Positions 58,801-64,000 of a DNA stretch of 64,000 bases are shown in pieces. Both the position numbers and the translations under genes were made by a program. The first letter of the stretch is position 1. The number at the start of each line of letters is the position of its first letter. Origin of the DNA: Eledone cirrhosa (Eukaryota); assembly GCA_964016885.1 (NCBI GenBank), contig OZ024742.1:76756001-76820000 (forward strand), in the 5' to 3' direction. The notes under the pieces were generated by a model. It had not been told where the DNA came from. It searched no databases and worked only from the letters and a program-made list of their open reading frames with translations.

Positions 58801-61800
58801 ACCGCTGTTATTTTTGTTATTGTCGTTCTCGACTTTACCGCTGTTATTTTTGTTATTGTCGTTCTCGACCTAACCGCTGTTATTTTTGTTATTGTCGTTC
58901 TCGACCTTACCGCTGTTATTTTTGTTATTGTCGTTCTCGACTTTACCGCTGTTATTTTTGTTATTGTCGTTCACGACTTTACCGCTGTTATTTTTGTTAT
59001 TGTCGTTCTCGACCTTACCGCTGTTATATTTGTTATTGTCGTTCTCGACCTAACCGCTGTTATTTTTGTTATTGTCGTTCACGACTTTACCGCTGTTATT
59101 TTTGTTATTGTCGTTTACGACTTTACCGCTGTTATTTTTGTTATTGTCTTTCTCGACTTTACCGCTGTTATTTTTGTTATTGTCGTTCACGACTTTACCG
59201 CTGTTATTTTTGTTATTGTCGTTCTCGACTTTACCGCTGTTATTTTTGTTATTGTCGTTCTCGACCTTACCGCTGTTATATTTGTTATTGTCGTTCTCGA
59301 CCTAACCGCTGTTATTTTTGTTATTGTCGTTCACGACTTTACCGCTGTTATTTTTGTTATTGTCGTTTACGACTTTACCGCTGTTATTTTTGTTATTGTC
59401 TTTCTCGACTTTACCGCTGTTATTTTTGTTATTGTCGTTCTCGACCTTACCGCTGTTATTTTTGTTATTGTCGTTCACGACTTTACCGCTGTTATTTTTG
59501 TTATTGTCGTTTACGACTTTACCGCTGTTATTTTTGTTATTGTCTTTCTCGACTTTACCGCTGTTATTTTTGTTATTGTCGTTCTCGACCTTACCGCTGT
59601 TATTTTTGTTATTGTCGTTCACGACTTTACCGCTGTTATTTTTGTTATTGTCGTTTACGACTTTACCGCTGTTATTTTTGTTATTGTCGTTCTCGACCTT
59701 ACCGCTGTTACTTTTGTTATTGTCGTTCACGACTTTACCGCTGTTACTTTTGTTATTGTCGTTCACAACTTTACCGCTGTTATTTTTGTTATTGTCGTTC
59801 ACGACTTTACCGCTGTTATTTTTGTTATTGTCGTTCACGACTTTACCGCTGTTATTTTTGTTATTGTGGTTCTCGACCTTACCGCTGTTATTTTTGTTAT
59901 TGTCGTTCACGACTTTACCGCTGTTATTTTTGTTATTGTCGTTTACGACTTTACCGCTGTTATTTTTGTTATTGTCTTTCTCGACTTTACCGCTGTTATT
60001 TTTGTTATTGTCGTTCTCGACCTTACCGCTGTTATTTTTGTTATTGTCGTTCACGACTTTACCGCTGTTATTTTTGTTATTGTCGTTTACGACTTTACCG
60101 CTGTTATTTTTGTTATTGTCTTTCTCGACTTTACCGCTGTTATTTTTGTTATTGTCGTTCTCGACCTTACCGCTGTTATTTTTGTTATTGTCGTTCACGA
60201 CTTTACCGCTGTTATTTTTGTTATTGTCGTTTACGACTTTACCGCTGTTATTTTTGTTATTGTCGTTCTCGACCTTACCGCTGTTACTTTTGTTATTGTC
60301 GTTCACGACTTTACCGCTGTTACTTTTGTTATTGTCGTTCACAACTTTACCGCTGTTATTTTTGTTATTGTCGTTCACGACTTTACCGCTGTTATTTTTG
60401 TTATTGTCGTTCACGACTTTACCGCTGTTATTTTTGTTATTGTGGTTCTCGACCTTACCGCTGTTATTTTTGTTATTGTCGTTCACGACTTTACCGCTGT
60501 TATTTTTGTTATTGTCGTTCACGACTTTACCGCTGTTACTTTTGTTATTGTCGTTCACGACTTTACCGCTGTTATTTTTGTTATTGTCGTTCTCGACCTT
60601 ACCGCTGTTATATTTGTTATTGTCGTTCTCGACCTAACCGCTGTTATTTTTGTTATTGTCGTTCACGACTTTACCGCTGTTATTTTTGTTATTGTCGTTT
60701 ACAACTTTACCGCTGTTATTTTTGTTATTGTCTTTCTCGACTTTACCGCTGTTATTTTTGTTATTGTCGTTCACGACTTTACCGCTGTTATTTTTGTTAT
60801 TGTCGTTCTCGACTTTACCGCTGTTATTTTTGTTATTGTCGTTCTCGACCTTACCGCTGTTATATTTGTTATTGTCGTTCTCGACCTAACCGCTGTTATT
60901 TTTGTTATTCTCGTTCACGACTTTACCGCTGTTATTTTTGTTATTGTCGTTTACGACTTTACCGCTGTTATTTTTGTTATTGTCTTTCTCGACTTTACCG
61001 CTGTTATTTTTGTTATTGTCGTTCTCGACCTTACCGCTGTTATTTTTGTTATTGTCGTTCACGACTTTACCGCTGTTATTTTTGTTATTGTCGTTTACGA
61101 CTTTACCGCTGTTATTTTTGTTATTGTCTTTCTCGACTTTACCGCTGTTATTTTTGTTATTGTCGTTCTCGACCTTACCGCTGTCATTTTTGTTATTGTC
61201 GTTCACGACTTTACCGCTGTTATTTTTGTTATTGTCGTTTACGACTTTACCGCTGTTATTTTTGTTATTGTCTTTCTCGACTTTACCGCTGTTATTTTTG
61301 TTATTGTCGTTCACGACTTTACCGCTGTTATTTTTGTTATTGTCGTTCTCGACCTTACCGCTGTTATTTTTGTTATTGTCGTCCACGACTTTACCGCTGT
61401 TATTTTTGTTATTGTCGTTCTCGACCTTACCGCTGTTACTTTTGTTATTGTCGTTCACGACTTTACCGCTGTTACTTTTGTTATTGTCGTTCACGACTTT
61501 ACCGCTGTTATTTTTGTTATTGTCGTTCACGACTTTACCGCTGTTATTTTTGTTATTGTCGTTCACGACTTTACCGCTGTTATTTTTGTTATTGTGGTTC
61601 TCGACCTTACCGCTGTTATTTTTGTTATTGTCGTTCACGACTTTACCGCTGTTATTTTTGTTATTGTCGTTCACGACTTTACCGCTGTTACTTTTGTTAT
61701 TGTCGTTCACGACTTTACCGCTGTTATTTTTGTTATTGTCGTTCACGACTTTACCGCTGTTATTTTTGTTATTGTCGTTCTCGACCTTACCGCTGTTATT

Positions 61801-62199
61801 TTTGTTATTGTCGTTCACGACTTTACCGCTGTTATTTTTGTTATTGTCGTTCACGACTTTACCGCTGTTACTTCTGTTATTGTCGTTCACGACTTTACCG
61901 CTGTTATTTTTGTTATTGTCGTTCACCACTTTACCGCTGTTATTTTTGTTATCGTCTTTCTCGACCTTACCGCTGTTATTTTTGTTATTGTCGTTCTCGA
62001 CCTTACCGTTGCTATTTTTGTTATTGTCGTTCTCGACCTTACCGCTGTTATATTTGTTATTGTCGTTCTCGACCTTACCGCTGTTATTTTAGTTATTGTC
62101 GTTCACGACTTTACCGCTGTTATTTTTGTTATTGTCGTTCTCGTCCTTACCGCTATTAATTTTGTTGTTGCTATTGTTATTGATGGCGTTATTGATGCT

Positions 62200-62200
<1 letters not shown>
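52862..62200 (-). mobile_element. Second near full-length degenerate Tx1/L1-like LINE, with a minisatellite expansion in ORF1
   Basis: ORF2 starts MAVLRIGSTNARGL at ~56499 and ends at 53161 with the same motifs as the 43.7-kb copy. ORF1 remnants include a CCHC knuckle CYLCGSKDHLRAFC (57265-57567). Confidence 0.9.
58255..62157. repeat. 36-bp minisatellite, ~108 units, consensus ACCGCTGTTATTTTTGTTATTGTCGTTC(T/A)CGAC(T/C)TT
   Basis: Period 36 (ACCGCT at 58261, 58297, ...); 12-aa periodicity in all frames. Confidence 0.97.
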
Positions 62201-62250
<50 letters not shown>

Positions 62251-62620
62251 TTCTTTATTGGCCACAAGGGCATGCATATAGGGGACAATACAAAACGTCA
62301 GTAACTCCGGGTGTTAAAAAAGAATAGATTGTTTATATAAAAACAATGAGAATAAACAAGAAAATACAAACAGAGTTCCCCAATATGGAGGATATCCACC
62401 CAGCCTCAACTTAGGCACCCCACCATTCCTGAAACACCAGACACCTCGAGGACACCCAGGAAGGGCATCACTCTCATCCTCAAATTAACCACTCTACAGG
62501 CGCATGCTCAGAGTAGGCCCATTCACACAGGCGGTTCTCACCACACTCACCCACCTTTCATAAAATGTATCGGGGGACAGCACTTCCCTCAGAAACTTCA
62601 CCTTCATTTCCAAGTGAAAT
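62251..62620 (-). mobile_element. Tx1/L1-like LINE 3' end fragment
   Basis: TTCTTTATTGGCCACAAGGG after (AAT)n; C-terminal codons (FHLEMKVKFLREVLSPDTFYERWVSVVRTACVNGPTLSMRL) are homologous to the other copies. Confidence 0.85.
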
Positions 62621-62739
62621 CTATTTTTGTTTAGAATTAGTGTTTTTTTTTAAAGTCTATCAGGTTGTCTTTTAGTTAGTTGGCGTCTTCTTACGTTGGT
62701 GTTGATGGTGTTGGTGTTAACTTTGGATGAGACACATTG

Positions 62740-63090
62740 TTTAACATTCTGTTGATGTCTTATCTGAAAACGTGTGGTGAAGCATATATTGTTATACTTT
62801 GGGAGGGTCATGCTGCCAAGAAAAACATATTCACCTGTTGGTTTTCCTTTCAATTTATTAAACATTTCTGGCTGGTTAGTTCATTAATTGGATGGTTGTT
62901 TTTATATTGTCAAAACTCTTTCGTCACACATTCAGTAACCTCCGCAGTAACTGCTTGCTTATTTTGTGTACATAGCATACGACACACAAAAACAACATGG
63001 TGTAGGACAGAAAAAGAGGAGACACAAAATAACGAATCAGTCACTGAGGTGATCACAGAATGTGTAACGAAAGATCTTTGGCAATATATA
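62740..63090. mobile_element. PLE terminal fragment with a short inverted repeat (62903-62969 / 63022-63088) and degenerate HHR
   Basis: Shares ATATTGTTATACTTTGGGAGGGTCATG with 22013 and 30848. 63040-63082 reads GTCA-CTGAGGT-G-ATCACA(gaatg)TGTAAC-GAAA-GATC-TT-TGGC. Confidence 0.7.
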
Positions 63091-63461
63091 TAGAACCATC
63101 TTGTTATTCAACCACCCAACCAGAAATGTTCTACTAAGTGCTCTAAATAGTAGAACATATCAGCTTTTTAAAAACCCTGCAGCGATAGGCAGTATATAGT
63201 CTGCAAATTAAGTTTGCAAGCTAACTGCAAAACTAGGAACGTAGTAAATAGCATAAGATGTGCTGAGTGACAGTGTAGGATTAAGAACACAACATTCATA
63301 GGTGATACAGCACTGACGAAAACTCTAAGAGGGGAAAAACTCACCAGTACTCAAGCAACATGCAACAAATGGGACATAGGGACACACTAGAGAAGAGAGA
63401 AATAAAAATTCATCAGCAAACAAGAAATCTAAAGGAATTTCCTTTCTAGCAAGTGTCTTAC

Positions 63462-63544
63462 CTTAAATCTTTGCTGCTTGAAGACTCCCAAAGATGACCT
63501 CAATTCAAACAAAAAACTGTTATCATAATCCCTGAAGGCATAGC
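63462..63544 (-). CDS. Candidate internal coding exon of an unidentified host gene
   Basis: Polypyrimidine tract plus TAG acceptor; AAG|GTAAGA donor; 83 nt with only one open frame (GYAFRDYDNSFLFELRSSLGVFKQQRFK). Confidence 0.5.
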
Positions 63545-64000
63545 CTAGTATCAGAGGAAAGGTAAATAGCAAAAAAAAAAAAAAAAAAAAAAAAAAACCG
63601 GGATCATAATACCCCATGTTTTGCCACATATTTTACTCGAAAAGGATCTTATGAAACGCGATCTGATTTAACAGAAGCTTACATGTTTTAATGGAAGGAT
63701 ATTATAACACTGAACATCTGGCCAATCCCAAATTGCTTCAGCATTAGTATCAAAGCATCGTCGGGATGGATAGAGTCAACATCTATGTTAAGTCAACAAA
63801 TACTATACAATAAGTGCTGTCCTTTTCCATACACACTCGTCAATGCTAAGCATTGTGGGTTCGTAAGCGCGACCTTGAAGGTTGAGGGCTGTATGATGGC
63901 GACAGATTTCTGATGTCCCGAGATAAAGTTACGCTATTAATCAGATGTATTTGTTTGTTGTTGAAACAGGTCAGGGATGATAAATATTATGACAACGTTT

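Noticed and set aside
58255-62157. CRISPR-like array (36-bp period)
   Set aside because: The units are contiguous with no unique spacers, there are no cas genes, and the context is eukaryotic.
58162-62304. 1380-aa hydrophobic ORF (TAVIFVIVVLDF)n on the plus strand
   Set aside because: It is the antisense reading of the 36-bp minisatellite and is stop-free by composition. There is no evidence of a real membrane protein.

Overview
This 64-kb window is AT-rich eukaryotic DNA, probably from a cephalopod (Octopus-like, inferred from the SINE types and the (AT)n/(AAT)n microsatellite load). It consists almost entirely of decayed mobile elements and simple repeats. These include a Helitron RepHel pseudogene (about 2.6-6.9 kb), a Penelope-like element (PLE; RT plus GIY-YIG) with inverted terminal repeats (30.8-34.4 kb), four Tx1/L1-like LINE copies, two R4/Dong-like RLE LINEs, an internally deleted mariner, several tRNA-derived SINEs and a 3.9-kb 36-bp minisatellite inside a LINE ORF1. 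The most notable signal is RNA-level. At least four different hammerhead-ribozyme (HHR) families are present, including three copies of a C3U/G8A core variant in a 318-nt tandem, retrozyme-like unit at 17.5-18.3 kb. There is also a series of about 8 fold-back elements with unrelated arm sequences, mostly in (TA)n, that are best explained as PLE ends with inverted duplications. No intact host gene is visible. One good candidate host exon lies on the minus strand at 63462-63544. All structures were read by eye, and no database search was run.
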